Part shown: in pieces, positions 28,416 through 37,877 of the stretch
How the letters are laid out: every line of letters begins with the position of its first letter
Numbering within the stretch: position 1 is the stretch's first letter
Origin: Gemmatimonadota bacterium
Lineage (GTDB): Bacteria; 4572-55; J002
Assembly (NCBI GenBank): GCA_003697105.1
Contig: RFFQ01000166.1
Coordinates: 1 to 44,692, forward strand
Length of the DNA stretch: 44,692 nt
Direction of reading: 5' to 3'
Notes under the pieces: generated by a model
What the model saw: only the letters and a program-made list of their open reading frames with translations
What the model was told of the DNA's origin: nothing
Databases searched by the model: none
Position numbers and translations under genes: made by a program

Positions 28416-29969
28416 TTAGAACATCAACCACTTAAATACCGAAAACAGCGCCCACGCATTGTCCGGCTTTTCCGTTTGATTGCCATTGGTCAGTGCGCTA
28501 TCGTAAAAATCACCGAGCGCAAGATACGCCCCGTACAGTTCCCAATCCATAAAGATTTTGAACTGATAGCCGACGCTACCATTGACTTCCAAACCGATCA
28601 AGCGACCGCCATTTTCCGGCTCCACGGTACTGAGGGCAAGCGCCGTCCCCGCTTTTGCCGAAAATTTGTTGGGAATTATATCTTTACTAAAATTGAGCGT
28701 ACCCGCTATCAAGCCGTAACCCAAATTGGAGAGGTCACTGACTGCCGACACATAGCGGTTGACAACATTTCCGTGTGGAAAAAGGAGATAAGCGCCACTG
28801 CTGATAACCAGTGCGCCGGGAGATGTCCATGTATTGCCGGTGATCACGCCACTATACAGATCATCATCGAGGGCGTCATCATCCCCGGAGGTAAACAGGA
28901 TGTCCAGCGTTACGGCGTCTTTAGCCGTTTGCCCGTACTTGTAGCCAGCTCTTAGGTTTGCCGCCATTCCAAAAATATCGGTTGAAGTACGCCAGCCATC
29001 TTCATCATGTTGTTGAACATACCCCAAGTTGGCGATGGCATAGCCATTTAAGGCAAACCGGCCAAGTGTAAATTCGGGATTCTGGTTGAAAAACGTACCC
29101 AACCAGAAAATATCCGCCCGATAGGGGTCGCTCCCCAACGGGAAACGAAAAACGCCATTATACGCCGTTAAAGCACTGGTTAAACCTTGGTTAAAAATCG
29201 AAACGCCACCCTCGCCATTCGACCGGTCATGAACATACCAGAAGGAGACGCCTTGCCGCCATGTTTTGGTCAGGTCACGCTCATACATTGCTTCCCACAG
29301 GGCGACATCATCCCGTTCTTGGATGTTATTTTCATATAATTGATAGTAACCCAGTTTCAAGCGGGCAAAATCCTGATCATGCCGTACGGAGATGCCCACC
29401 GCATCACTTCCCCAAAAATGGAGACGATAACCGGTGTACGTCATGGTACTAAAAAAGGTACGGTACGGGTTGTAAGGCGTGTCATAGAGCCGCTGCAACC
29501 CTAAATTGATTGCCCAACCGGGACGTGGGATCAGTTCGACCTCAATATTTTGTGTTTGGATGTTGGTCTGGTCACCTCCGAAGCCACCCCCAAAATTACC
29601 CCCAGCGCCATAATTTTGATCGCCCCACGTCCAATCCACTTCAAACGAGGCTCGCAATAACGCTTTGCCATTAAAAATCTTGGGCTGGTAGATGAGGAAA
29701 GGCAGTAAACGTTGTTCAAAATAGCTGGTGGCAGGACCATTGGTGCTGGTGTAATTACCGCCAAACAATCGACCGACCGTCTGCCCTTTGAAGACATCCG
29801 TTGTGGAGGAAATATTATCGGCAACACCTTTGGTGATAAAATAGGCTAAAAATTGGAACTCGCGCGGGGTTTCTTCCGGCAACCGTTCTTTTTCCGCCGT
29901 ATCCCAATCATTTGCCACCAGTGGCGAGGTGAACATCAACAACATCAGTCCGATAATGGTGATTCTCAT
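28416..29969 (-). CDS. Putative outer-membrane beta-barrel protein
   Basis: Signal peptide, many alternating beta-strands, C-terminal VFKWLMF. Confidence 0.75.
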   Translation of the reverse strand: MRITIIGLMLLMFTSPLVANDWDTAEKERLPEETPREFQFLAYFITKGVADNISSTTDVFKGQTVGRLFGGNYTSTNGPATSYFEQRLLPFLIYQPKIFNGKALLRASFEVDWTWGDQNYGAGGNFGGGFGGDQTNIQTQNIEVELIPRPGWAINLGLQRLYDTPYNPYRTFFSTMTYTGYRLHFWGSDAVGISVRHDQDFARLKLGYYQLYENNIQERDDVALWEAMYERDLTKTWRQGVSFWYVHDRSNGEGGVSIFNQGLTSALTAYNGVFRFPLGSDPYRADIFWLGTFFNQNPEFTLGRFALNGYAIANLGYVQQHDEDGWRTSTDIFGMAANLRAGYKYGQTAKDAVTLDILFTSGDDDALDDDLYSGVITGNTWTSPGALVISSGAYLLFPHGNVVNRYVSAVSDLSNLGYGLIAGTLNFSKDIIPNKFSAKAGTALALSTVEPENGGRLIGLEVNGSVGYQFKIFMDWELYGAYLALGDFYDSALTNGNQTEKPDNAWALFSVFKWLMF

Positions 29970-29985
29970 GGTTTGACCCTTTCAT

Positions 29986-30028
29986 AAAGAAAGGGACTTA
30001 CCCTGTGTTTAAGAAACAAGGTAAGTCC
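29986..30028 (-). terminator. Intra-operon stem-loop after the lipoprotein gene
   Basis: GGACTTACC...GGTAAGTCC followed by CTTTCTTT on the minus strand. Confidence 0.65.
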
Positions 30029-30045
30029 GAGTTACCACATCAAAA

Positions 30046-30588
30046 TTAGTCATCTGCCCGCACATAGTGTTGCACATTGGTTGTACCCAAAGCACCGCCG
30101 TTTGTGCTTCCAAAACCAGCTTCCGCCGTAGGAGCCGTGTTGTTGGTGCCAGAGGTTTGAACCACTTCATACGTCATACGGTGCGGGTTAACATTTGTGT
30201 TAATTTCATAGATACCGGAAACATCCGCAGAATACGGGGCAGATTGCACAATGGCGATATTGCGAATACCCTCAACACTGCTTTCGGTGGTCACGTAGGT
30301 TCCATATAGCGCACTTTCCGTCCCATCGCCATTAACTTGACGGACACTGTACGTACCATCTTCATTGAAATAGGCGTAGATGGAATCAACACCGCCCACC
30401 GCCGCGAAGAGCGTATTGAGCAATGGGGCAACATCATCTCCGGCAGAAATCCATGTGCCCACAATCAACTGTGCCGGATCGGTCGTACTACCCCCGTCAC
30501 CATCGTCATCATCACTACACCCGGCAACAAACAGCGAAAACGCAAGCAACAGCGCTGTCATCGCATAAAAAACAGACGTTTTAGACAT
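30046..30588 (-). CDS. Hypothetical lipoprotein (lipocalin-like)
   Basis: VAG/CSDDDD lipobox and acidic tether; LIVGTW motif; AAGGAG RBS. Confidence 0.8.
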   Translation of the reverse strand: MSKTSVFYAMTALLLAFSLFVAGCSDDDDGDGGSTTDPAQLIVGTWISAGDDVAPLLNTLFAAVGGVDSIYAYFNEDGTYSVRQVNGDGTESALYGTYVTTESSVEGIRNIAIVQSAPYSADVSGIYEINTNVNPHRMTYEVVQTSGTNNTAPTAEAGFGSTNGGALGTTNVQHYVRADD

Positions 30589-30644
30589 CTTGAAACTCCT
30601 TTCTTCCCCGCAGGGAACAATCTGTGAAAAAGTGAAATAAATAG

Positions 30645-32147
30645 TTATGCCAAATTCCTCAACGCATTCCGGTTGATTTTACCGGTATCGTTGAGCGGAA
30701 TGGCATCAATAAACCGCACTTGTTTTGGAATTTTATATTTAGCTAAATTGCCCTGACAATAGCGAATAACATCCTCTTCCGTGAGGGTTGCCCCGGCGTT
30801 GAGGACGACATACGCTCGCCCGACTTCACCCCACTTCGCATCCGGAACACCGATAATGGCGACATCGGCAATGGCATCGTGGGTTAACAAAAACTTCTCA
30901 ATTTCCGCCGGATAGACATTTTCCCCTCCGGAGATGTACATATTTTTCTTTCGATCCACGACATAGATGTAACCTTCAGCATCTCGCCGCACCAGATCGC
31001 CGGTCTGGAACCAACCGTCCTTGAGAGCCTCTTGGGTGGCAGTTTCATTTTTCCAATATCCGGGAGTGATGGAGGGACCCGCCAGCACTAACTGCCCCAC
31101 TTCGTCCACATCGACATCATTGCCATAGTCATCGACAATGCGGGCTTCGATGTAAAAATTCGGTTTGCCGATAGAACCCATTTTGCGCACCGCATCATCT
31201 TGGTGCAAACTGGTGACACTGGGACCACATTCCGTCATCCCGTAGCCTTGCCGCACCGGCACCCCTTTCTGGTGCCAAATGTGGATCAGTTCTAGGGGCA
31301 TCGGTTCCCCACCGACCACAAAAAAGCGCAAGGTGGATAAATCTACCGCTGAAAACGAATCCGCCGTTGCCATCATTTGGAGCATCGTTGGTACGGCGAC
31401 AAACATCGTGGCTTTCTCGGTTTCGAGTAAATTCAGCAACATCTCAGGGTCAAACTTCCGGGTGATACTCACATACGCTCCGTGATGAAAAAAGGGAGTC
31501 GGAATCACATTCCACCCGCCGGTATGAAAAAGCGGCATACACGAAACCGAGCGGTCATCCGACGTGATATTAAGCCGCATGGCGGTGTTAATGCTGTTCC
31601 AAAAGAGCATCTTGTGGGTGTACATCGCGCCCTTCGGCAAACCCGTCGTGCCAGAAGTATAAAGAATAAAAATCGGGTCATCCTCTTGGATGTCTTGCGA
31701 TTCCTTAAATTTAGTGGTTTCGTTACGATAAGCATAGCCATATTCGCCCATCTGCGCCATATCCCACACGTGCGCGATATTTTTAGCATACGTACAGTCC
31801 CATAACCTGTTTTTGAAGCTCTCCTGCACCGCTAAAAATGAGGGCTGGCAATCTTGCAACTGGAAGTCCAACTCTCGCGAGGCAAGCCGGAAATTGAGCG
31901 GAACGAGGATCAAGCCGGTTTTCTGCGCCGCAAAAAAAAGGAAAAAATGTTCCAATGAATTTTCGGCAAGAATGGCAATCCGGTCTCCCCGCTTCAATCC
32001 CATCTCGGCGGTGAACAAATTGGCAAATCGATTGGCAACCGTGTTCAATTCCTGATATGTCAGCGTTCGTCCACTTTCTACTTCTTGAACAGCGATTTTT
32101 TTCGGGGAATATTGCACCCACTTGCCCAGCCAATCATAGCGGATCAT
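30645..32147 (-). CDS. Acyl-CoA ligase (FadD/MenE-like AMP-binding enzyme)
   Basis: YTSGTTGLPKG, GYGMTE, TGDL, SGGENVYPAEIE, TGKI. Confidence 0.92.
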   Translation of the reverse strand: MIRYDWLGKWVQYSPKKIAVQEVESGRTLTYQELNTVANRFANLFTAEMGLKRGDRIAILAENSLEHFFLFFAAQKTGLILVPLNFRLASRELDFQLQDCQPSFLAVQESFKNRLWDCTYAKNIAHVWDMAQMGEYGYAYRNETTKFKESQDIQEDDPIFILYTSGTTGLPKGAMYTHKMLFWNSINTAMRLNITSDDRSVSCMPLFHTGGWNVIPTPFFHHGAYVSITRKFDPEMLLNLLETEKATMFVAVPTMLQMMATADSFSAVDLSTLRFFVVGGEPMPLELIHIWHQKGVPVRQGYGMTECGPSVTSLHQDDAVRKMGSIGKPNFYIEARIVDDYGNDVDVDEVGQLVLAGPSITPGYWKNETATQEALKDGWFQTGDLVRRDAEGYIYVVDRKKNMYISGGENVYPAEIEKFLLTHDAIADVAIIGVPDAKWGEVGRAYVVLNAGATLTEEDVIRYCQGNLAKYKIPKQVRFIDAIPLNDTGKINRNALRNLA

Positions 32148-33670
32148 TTTGGTACCTCTGATTTCGATGGAAAAAGAAGAAGCATCAACCCCCCCACCAC
32201 CACGGAGCTTAAAATCGCGATGGCAGCAGCAATCCCAGGATTTCGGACGGCGATCATCTCACCATTCTGCCACATATAACCGGTGATTCCCGGAAATTTA
32301 CCGACATAATAGATGTAAAAATGAACCACCACTGCCGTTACAGAGGCGGAAACCGGCACCCGCGTCGGAATCTGTTTTAGAAAAGTACCAAAAAGCACCG
32401 GTACAAAGGCGGCGGCAAAATAGGCGTACACTCCATTTTGGGCAAAAATACCGACACTGAGTTTTGGATTCACCAACTGATCCCATGAAATAAATGCCGT
32501 TGCCACGGCTAGGATGATAATCACAACACGATTCAGAACCATTTCTGATTTGGTACCGGAGAGCCATTTGCCAAAGATAGGTTTAATAAGGTCTGCCGTG
32601 ATCGTGGTGGAAAGGGATTGGATCAGCGCCTCTAGCGTTGAAAGTCCAGCAGAAATCAGCCCCATCACCACAATCAAACCGATAAAAACCGGAAACTCAC
32701 TCACCACATACGCCGGAATAATTCCATCCATTTTAAGAGGCTCGCCGTTCACCGTGAGATCAGGGAACGTTAATCGGGCATATAACCCGGCAATGACGAC
32801 CAGAAAAAAGAGAAGCTCCGCCAAAACACCCACGGTCAGATAAATATTGACATCTTTATCGGTCTTTAAGAAGAAAGATTTCGTGATGATGTGCGGTTGG
32901 CAGACAATCGCTACCCCCACAATAAGTTGGCAAAAAATAATCTCAAAATAGTCGCGGAAAAGAAGGCTGGTGGGATTGGTGGGAGTTGCCAAGAAGGGGT
33001 CAATAGCGCTGAGTTTTGCCAAAAACCCGTGAACCCCCTCCCGGAAATGCTCATAACCCGAACCGAGTAAAATGACCGCCACAACCAACATGATCCCAGC
33101 TTGAATCGTATTGGTATAAACCAATGAATTGGCACCTCCAAACATCATATAGCCAAAAATAAAGGTGACAATACCGATCAACGCATACAGTTCGGCGATA
33201 TTTAAGGTTTTGGAAAGCACCTTGACCAAACCCACTACAATCAGGACCACAAAGGTCAAAAGTAAGAGCGAAAGCACCGCGAAAAAGAGAGAATACCCCT
33301 CACTTTTATACCGCGAGCCAATCCACTGTGCCATCGTCAGGGCTTTGACCGTCTGCCCGTACTTGCGGAAGCCTTTCGTGAGTATGATCAACGAGATAAC
33401 TGCCGCCACCGGAACAACAATCCCAAAGGAAATCACCCCACTGATACCATAAAGGGCGATAAAACCGGGATTGATGATGAACGTCGCGGCGCTGGTCATG
33501 GAAGCGGCAAGCGACAAGCCTACAAAAATCGGATTAAATGCGATGCTCCCGACGGCATAGTCTGACATACTCTTAATTTTCAGCGCACCCCGAATAACGA
33601 ACACTAGGATGGTCGCCATGTACGCCACTACCAAAATCCAGCCGGCAAATACTAATTGTTGCGATGCCAT
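32144..33670 (-). CDS. Sodium:solute symporter (SSS family)
   Basis: About 13 TM helices, SAATFI.NPG, QPH motif, SAGLST; 4-bp overlap with the ligase gene. Confidence 0.9.
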   Translation of the reverse strand: MASQQLVFAGWILVVAYMATILVFVIRGALKIKSMSDYAVGSIAFNPIFVGLSLAASMTSAATFIINPGFIALYGISGVISFGIVVPVAAVISLIILTKGFRKYGQTVKALTMAQWIGSRYKSEGYSLFFAVLSLLLLTFVVLIVVGLVKVLSKTLNIAELYALIGIVTFIFGYMMFGGANSLVYTNTIQAGIMLVVAVILLGSGYEHFREGVHGFLAKLSAIDPFLATPTNPTSLLFRDYFEIIFCQLIVGVAIVCQPHIITKSFFLKTDKDVNIYLTVGVLAELLFFLVVIAGLYARLTFPDLTVNGEPLKMDGIIPAYVVSEFPVFIGLIVVMGLISAGLSTLEALIQSLSTTITADLIKPIFGKWLSGTKSEMVLNRVVIIILAVATAFISWDQLVNPKLSVGIFAQNGVYAYFAAAFVPVLFGTFLKQIPTRVPVSASVTAVVVHFYIYYVGKFPGITGYMWQNGEMIAVRNPGIAAAIAILSSVVVGGLMLLLFPSKSEVPK

Positions 33671-33710
33671 ATTTCATCCTCAGTTGATTGATGGAACCCG
33701 CGTCACGGGG

Positions 33711-34454
33711 CTACAGTACCAATCCCCCATCGACACTAAGTACCGCGCCGTTAATAAAACTCGCTTCATCGGAACACAGGAACAAATACGCATTGGCAAT
33801 ATCTTCCGGCTGGCCCAACCGCCCCAAGGGAGTTTTTTCCAATAGCATGGTAATCACCTTTTCCGGAACCGTTTCGATCATCTCGGTGGCAATAAAGCCG
33901 GGAGCTACCGCATTCACATTAATGCCCTTCCGCCCCAATTCCCGCGCCCAAACTTTGGTCATACCGATCACACCCGATTTAGTGGCAACATAATTGGTTT
34001 GCCCAAAATTGCCGTATATTCCGACAACAGACGAGGTATTCACAATTTTACCGGCATTTTGAGCCAGCATATACTCGGCAACCGCCCGAGTACAATTAAA
34101 TACCCCCGTTAAATTGACATCAATTACCTGTTGCCATTGCTCCGGGGTCATTTTTTTAAGTGTGGCATCCCGAGTAATGCCCGCATTATTAACTAGAATA
34201 TCAATCTGCCCATAGGTATCAACCACCGTTTTAGCGGCGGTTTGCACCGCCGTAAAGTCGGTAATATCCACCGACATGAATGTCACCTGCAAGTCCTTTT
34301 GTTGAAGCGCCTCCGCCGTTGCCGGACCCTGAGCCGAGTTGACATCCCAGATCACAACCGTCGCCCCTTCGGTGGCAAATTTTTCAGCGGCGGCACGCCC
34401 TAAGCCTCGCGCACCTCCCGTAATGATTGCGATTTTCCGGTCGAGTCGATTCAT
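33711..34454 (-). CDS. phaB: Acetoacetyl-CoA / 3-oxoacyl reductase (PhaB/FabG-type SDR)
   Basis: TGGARGLG, NNAGITRDATLKKM, NFGQTNYVATK (YxxxK); phaEC context. Confidence 0.78.
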   Translation of the reverse strand: MNRLDRKIAIITGGARGLGRAAAEKFATEGATVVIWDVNSAQGPATAEALQQKDLQVTFMSVDITDFTAVQTAAKTVVDTYGQIDILVNNAGITRDATLKKMTPEQWQQVIDVNLTGVFNCTRAVAEYMLAQNAGKIVNTSSVVGIYGNFGQTNYVATKSGVIGMTKVWARELGRKGINVNAVAPGFIATEMIETVPEKVITMLLEKTPLGRLGQPEDIANAYLFLCSDEASFINGAVLSVDGGLVL

Positions 34455-34480
34455 TTCTAGTACCTCAAATATTCTTTATG

Positions 34481-34496
34481 TTTGAAAATTTTCAAA
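34481..34496. promoter_or_regulatory. Palindromic operator 1, upstream of the phaB operon
   Basis: Perfect palindrome TTTGAAAATTTTCAAA just downstream of a minus-strand TATAAT (34502-34507). Confidence 0.7.
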
Positions 34497-34506
34497 TTTA
34501 TATTAT

Positions 34507-34547
34507 AAAAAAAGACCAGCGGTCTGCACCTCTTCAGACAGCTGGTC
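34507..34547 (-). terminator. Terminator after the regulator gene
   Basis: GACCAGCTGTCTG/CAGACCGCTGGTC stem with T7. Confidence 0.8.
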
Positions 34548-35040
34548 AGGAATGTTCATAAAGTTTTTTGCGTTCCACCGCCCATTCCTCCAAAAACAAT
34601 TGGTGATATTTTTCCATCAAGGTATAAAAGCGGTGCATTTCACGCATCCGTTGGGAAAGGGTGGATAAATCCCCATTTTCATTCGCTGCTTCCACAGTGG
34701 ATTGAAGCCGTTCCGCTAAGCGGGTATTATTCTTAATCAATTCAAATTGATTACGAAAGGCATTGGCAAAAATTTCCGGCTGAATTTCGTAATAGTCCTT
34801 ACGGGTATCCGGCACCCACACCTTGCGGATGAGGTTTTTTTCCGCCAACCGTCGCACGATTTGGCTAATGGGACCCTTACTCCGCCCCAGCTCATCCGTG
34901 ATTTCATCCAGCGATAAGGGGCGTGGATAGTACAATAATAGGGCAACAATATGCCCCATCAAGGCACTTAACCCGAACGATTGGTACGCATCCCCGAAGG
35001 ATTGGATCATTTCGTGTTTAATGGCGTCAGGTTCGTTCAT
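34546..35040 (-). CDS. GbsR/MarR-family transcriptional regulator
   Basis: FGLS..MGHIVALLLY...PLSLDEITDELGRSKGPISQIVRRL...RKDYY; start at MNEPD. Confidence 0.87.
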   Translation of the reverse strand: MNEPDAIKHEMIQSFGDAYQSFGLSALMGHIVALLLYYPRPLSLDEITDELGRSKGPISQIVRRLAEKNLIRKVWVPDTRKDYYEIQPEIFANAFRNQFELIKNNTRLAERLQSTVEAANENGDLSTLSQRMREMHRFYTLMEKYHQLFLEEWAVERKKLYEHS

Positions 35041-35067
35041 TTGGAAGTTCCCAGTAAATTCAATATA

Positions 35068-35083
35068 TTTGGTAATTTTCAAA
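35068..35083. promoter_or_regulatory. Palindromic operator 2, upstream of the regulator
   Basis: TTTGGTAATTTTCAAA, 14/16 identical to operator 1. Confidence 0.62.
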
Positions 35084-35175
35084 CGAACCAAATATACACA
35101 AATTCTAAAAATGCGCAAGCGTTTTTTTACCCATCTGGCACGCGGCATCTCGCCTTTAAACACGGGGTGATGCCA

Positions 35176-36243
35176 TTAACTTCGTTCCTGCAACCAAGCG
35201 GCAATCGCCGGGGCAAGCTCTTTTTGCGCTTTAGAACTCACAAATACGCCAATATGACCGCTCTCAAAGGCATACAGCGATGTATCCGTACTGCCCACAT
35301 GGTCTGTCAAGGGAGTCACGGCGGCGGCGGGCACAATATGGTCTTTGGTGCCATAAATATTCAGTACGGGCATGGTAATATTTTTCAGAACGACCCGTTG
35401 TTCACCCACCCGCAATTTATCTTGGATTAACTTATTCTGTTGGTATAAATCCTTGACAAACTGGCGGTAGCACTCGCCTGCCTGATCGGGGCTATCAAAA
35501 ATCCACTTTTCCATCCGCAAGAAGTTCAGGACTTTCTCTCGGTCATCCGCAATGGTTAAGAAGTTCAGATACTTTTCAATGCGTCCGAATGGGCGTAGCA
35601 TCATGAACCCGGTGTTCAGGAAATCTGCCGGTACAACCCCATAGGCATCGACCACGGCATCTACGTTGAAATCCTTCGCCCAGCGGAACAGCAAGGCATC
35701 ATCGGTGGAAAAATCAACCGGCGTGACGATTGTGGTTAAGGTGTTGACTTTTTCTGGAAACAGCGCGGCATACATGACCGATAGCGTCCCACCTTGGCAA
35801 ATCCCGATGATATTAACCGCCGGACTGCCCGTTTGCTCCCGAATGGCATCCACGCAATTGTCAATATAGCCGCACACGTAATCTTCTAAGGTCAAGTAGG
35901 CATCTGCCCGGGTGGGATAGCCCCAGTCAATCAGGTACAAATCGATACCGTGTGCCAAAAGATTCCGCACCAAACTGCGATCCGGTTGCAGATCGAGCAT
36001 GTAGGGACGGTTCACCAAGGCATAGACCAGCAAGGTCGGGATGCGTGCAGAGGGAGAATCTCCCTGTTGGTAATGGTAAAGTTGGAGCTTATCCTCCTGA
36101 TATACGAGGTCTTTAGGGGCGGTCCCAACATCCACTTCATCAATACTTAGTAAAGTTTCATAAGCACAAAACCATTGACGAAGTTGTTCCATAAGATGAG
36201 CATTTGCCCCTGCCAGATTCACATTGAATAGTGGCGTCCCCAT
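35176..36243 (-). CDS. phaC: Class III PHA synthase subunit PhaC
   Basis: YALVNRPYMLDLQPDRSLV, GICQGG (catalytic Cys), FLRMEKWIFDSPD, DHIVP, GHIG. Confidence 0.96.
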   Translation of the reverse strand: MGTPLFNVNLAGANAHLMEQLRQWFCAYETLLSIDEVDVGTAPKDLVYQEDKLQLYHYQQGDSPSARIPTLLVYALVNRPYMLDLQPDRSLVRNLLAHGIDLYLIDWGYPTRADAYLTLEDYVCGYIDNCVDAIREQTGSPAVNIIGICQGGTLSVMYAALFPEKVNTLTTIVTPVDFSTDDALLFRWAKDFNVDAVVDAYGVVPADFLNTGFMMLRPFGRIEKYLNFLTIADDREKVLNFLRMEKWIFDSPDQAGECYRQFVKDLYQQNKLIQDKLRVGEQRVVLKNITMPVLNIYGTKDHIVPAAAVTPLTDHVGSTDTSLYAFESGHIGVFVSSKAQKELAPAIAAWLQERS

Positions 36244-36245
36244 GC

Positions 36246-37508
36246 TTAATCCTTCTTTTTGGCTTTGGTTTTGGTTTTCATTTGTTTTTCAAGGGAGTTA
36301 ACCTTACGCTTGAGGTCTTGCACCGTTTTGTACAGCTCATCCATCTCCGACCGGAGCACCACCGGGTAACCGGCAAGGGTTTGTTCCATCCATTTTTGGA
36401 GTTCCGCGCGCAGTGCCAGACCCTCTTCCAGCAGTTGATTTTGTAACGTCGAAAATTCCTGAGTCTCAAATAGATCGAGAAAAACCGTTTCATTGGTATC
36501 CAGCCACAATTTGAAAAAGGCATCATAGGTGGAAATATCGTCCCCCGCCTTGATCATTTCCGCGACGCGGTCTGCCACCTGTTCCAATGCGCGCTGTCCG
36601 TGAGTGTAAATCATCTGCTGAAATTCGGCAAAACGACGGGTATATGCCTGATATTTTTCATAAATCGCTGTCATTTGTTCCGCAGGGAATAGGTGCCCGC
36701 TGGCATCATTCAGCAGGGGAGACATCGCCGCTTTGTACGCTTGATTCAGATGATCCATCACCGCAACCGCCGATGATGGGTCGGTTACCATGAGTGACGG
36801 GATGCTCTTCATGGCATGTGCCATCATTTCCGCCAGACGTGCAACCGTAGCATGCCCGCTCCCCATCACCTGTTGCCACAAATTCAAGGTTTGGGTATAT
36901 ACCTCTTTGGTTGCATCTGGTGAAATAAACTCAAAAATGCGATCCATTACCGGTTGGTAGGCTTCCGGGCGAAACAGCGCTTTGTACCGTTCCGGATCGA
37001 ACGATTTATTAAGAATATCGTGTTGTAATGGCAACCAAAGGGTAAATACTTTGGCGTATGCATCCATACTACTTAGCACATTTTCCACCATCCCCTTTTG
37101 CAGATTTCCGGAAACAGCTTTCGTCATCTGATCCATCGATTTCCATAAGGTATTTAACCATGCTTGAGCGGCAGTGGTGGTATCCTTCGGGACAAAATCA
37201 CCAAATGCCTTCTGGCTTTTTTCTAGCGTATCCTGCCATTGCTTCATTTGCTGGTGCTGCCAATCCGCCCATTGCCAGTATTGCTCTTCCGTGGAGTGCT
37301 GAAACCGTTGGAAAGCCTCCAAATACGTCTTCAACCATTCTGATGCGGCATGGGTCCCGTAAGTTGTGTCATCTGGGGGGGCGTCACCGGCAGATGCGGC
37401 ACGTTCTGTGCCGGTTGATGGGGTCGGATTCACCATATCTTGCCACGTTTTCATCCACTGCGCCTGATGTTCCAGCCAGTTGTTAAAAAAAGGGGTTGAA
37501 TTTGCCAT
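36246..37508 (-). CDS. phaE: Class III PHA synthase subunit PhaE
   Basis: Helical W/Q-rich protein with C-terminal PVVLRSEMDELYKTVQDLKR; directly upstream of phaC; GGAGG before ATG 37508. Confidence 0.9.
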   Translation of the reverse strand: MANSTPFFNNWLEHQAQWMKTWQDMVNPTPSTGTERAASAGDAPPDDTTYGTHAASEWLKTYLEAFQRFQHSTEEQYWQWADWQHQQMKQWQDTLEKSQKAFGDFVPKDTTTAAQAWLNTLWKSMDQMTKAVSGNLQKGMVENVLSSMDAYAKVFTLWLPLQHDILNKSFDPERYKALFRPEAYQPVMDRIFEFISPDATKEVYTQTLNLWQQVMGSGHATVARLAEMMAHAMKSIPSLMVTDPSSAVAVMDHLNQAYKAAMSPLLNDASGHLFPAEQMTAIYEKYQAYTRRFAEFQQMIYTHGQRALEQVADRVAEMIKAGDDISTYDAFFKLWLDTNETVFLDLFETQEFSTLQNQLLEEGLALRAELQKWMEQTLAGYPVVLRSEMDELYKTVQDLKRKVNSLEKQMKTKTKAKKKD

Positions 37509-37556
37509 CAGTACACCTCCTGTAACCAAACGTAAAAATATTTATTATTTATAACT

Positions 37557-37607
37557 TTTGATAAATTTCAAACGCTGAAAATATAATCAATTCAGGGAAT
37601 CTGTCAA
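37557..37607 (-). promoter_or_regulatory. phaEC promoter with palindromic operator 3
   Basis: Minus-strand TTGACA-N16-TATATT, followed by TTTGATAAATTTCAAA (37557-37572). Confidence 0.68.
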
Positions 37608-37877
37608 GATTTTTTTGCGGGCAGATGACCCAGTCCGGTGGTGAGCGTTGCTGTATCTGCACCATTAAAGCCTTCGCACTTGACTTTTCAGGCAAAATTT
37701 GATAGAAACTCCATATCACATCTCTGGCGAGGACAGACCCTTCTCCTTCCTCCACCACCATGGAACAACCATAAGGTAACGTGGGCGGCACACAAGAACA
37801 GTTGGGTGTTTCTGTGTGGCTTTGCGCCTTCGGGGTAACGTTATTTTTCAACCGTCTGCAAAGACTTAGCATACATT

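Noticed and set aside
30645-32147. menE (menaquinone biosynthesis)
   Set aside because: Same AMP-binding superfamily, but there are no other men genes in the window and the context is PHA or lipid uptake.
37549-37872. 107-aa and 66-aa ORFs in the phaE / TPR-regulator gap
   Set aside because: They overlap promoter and operator elements and have no RBS or domain signal.
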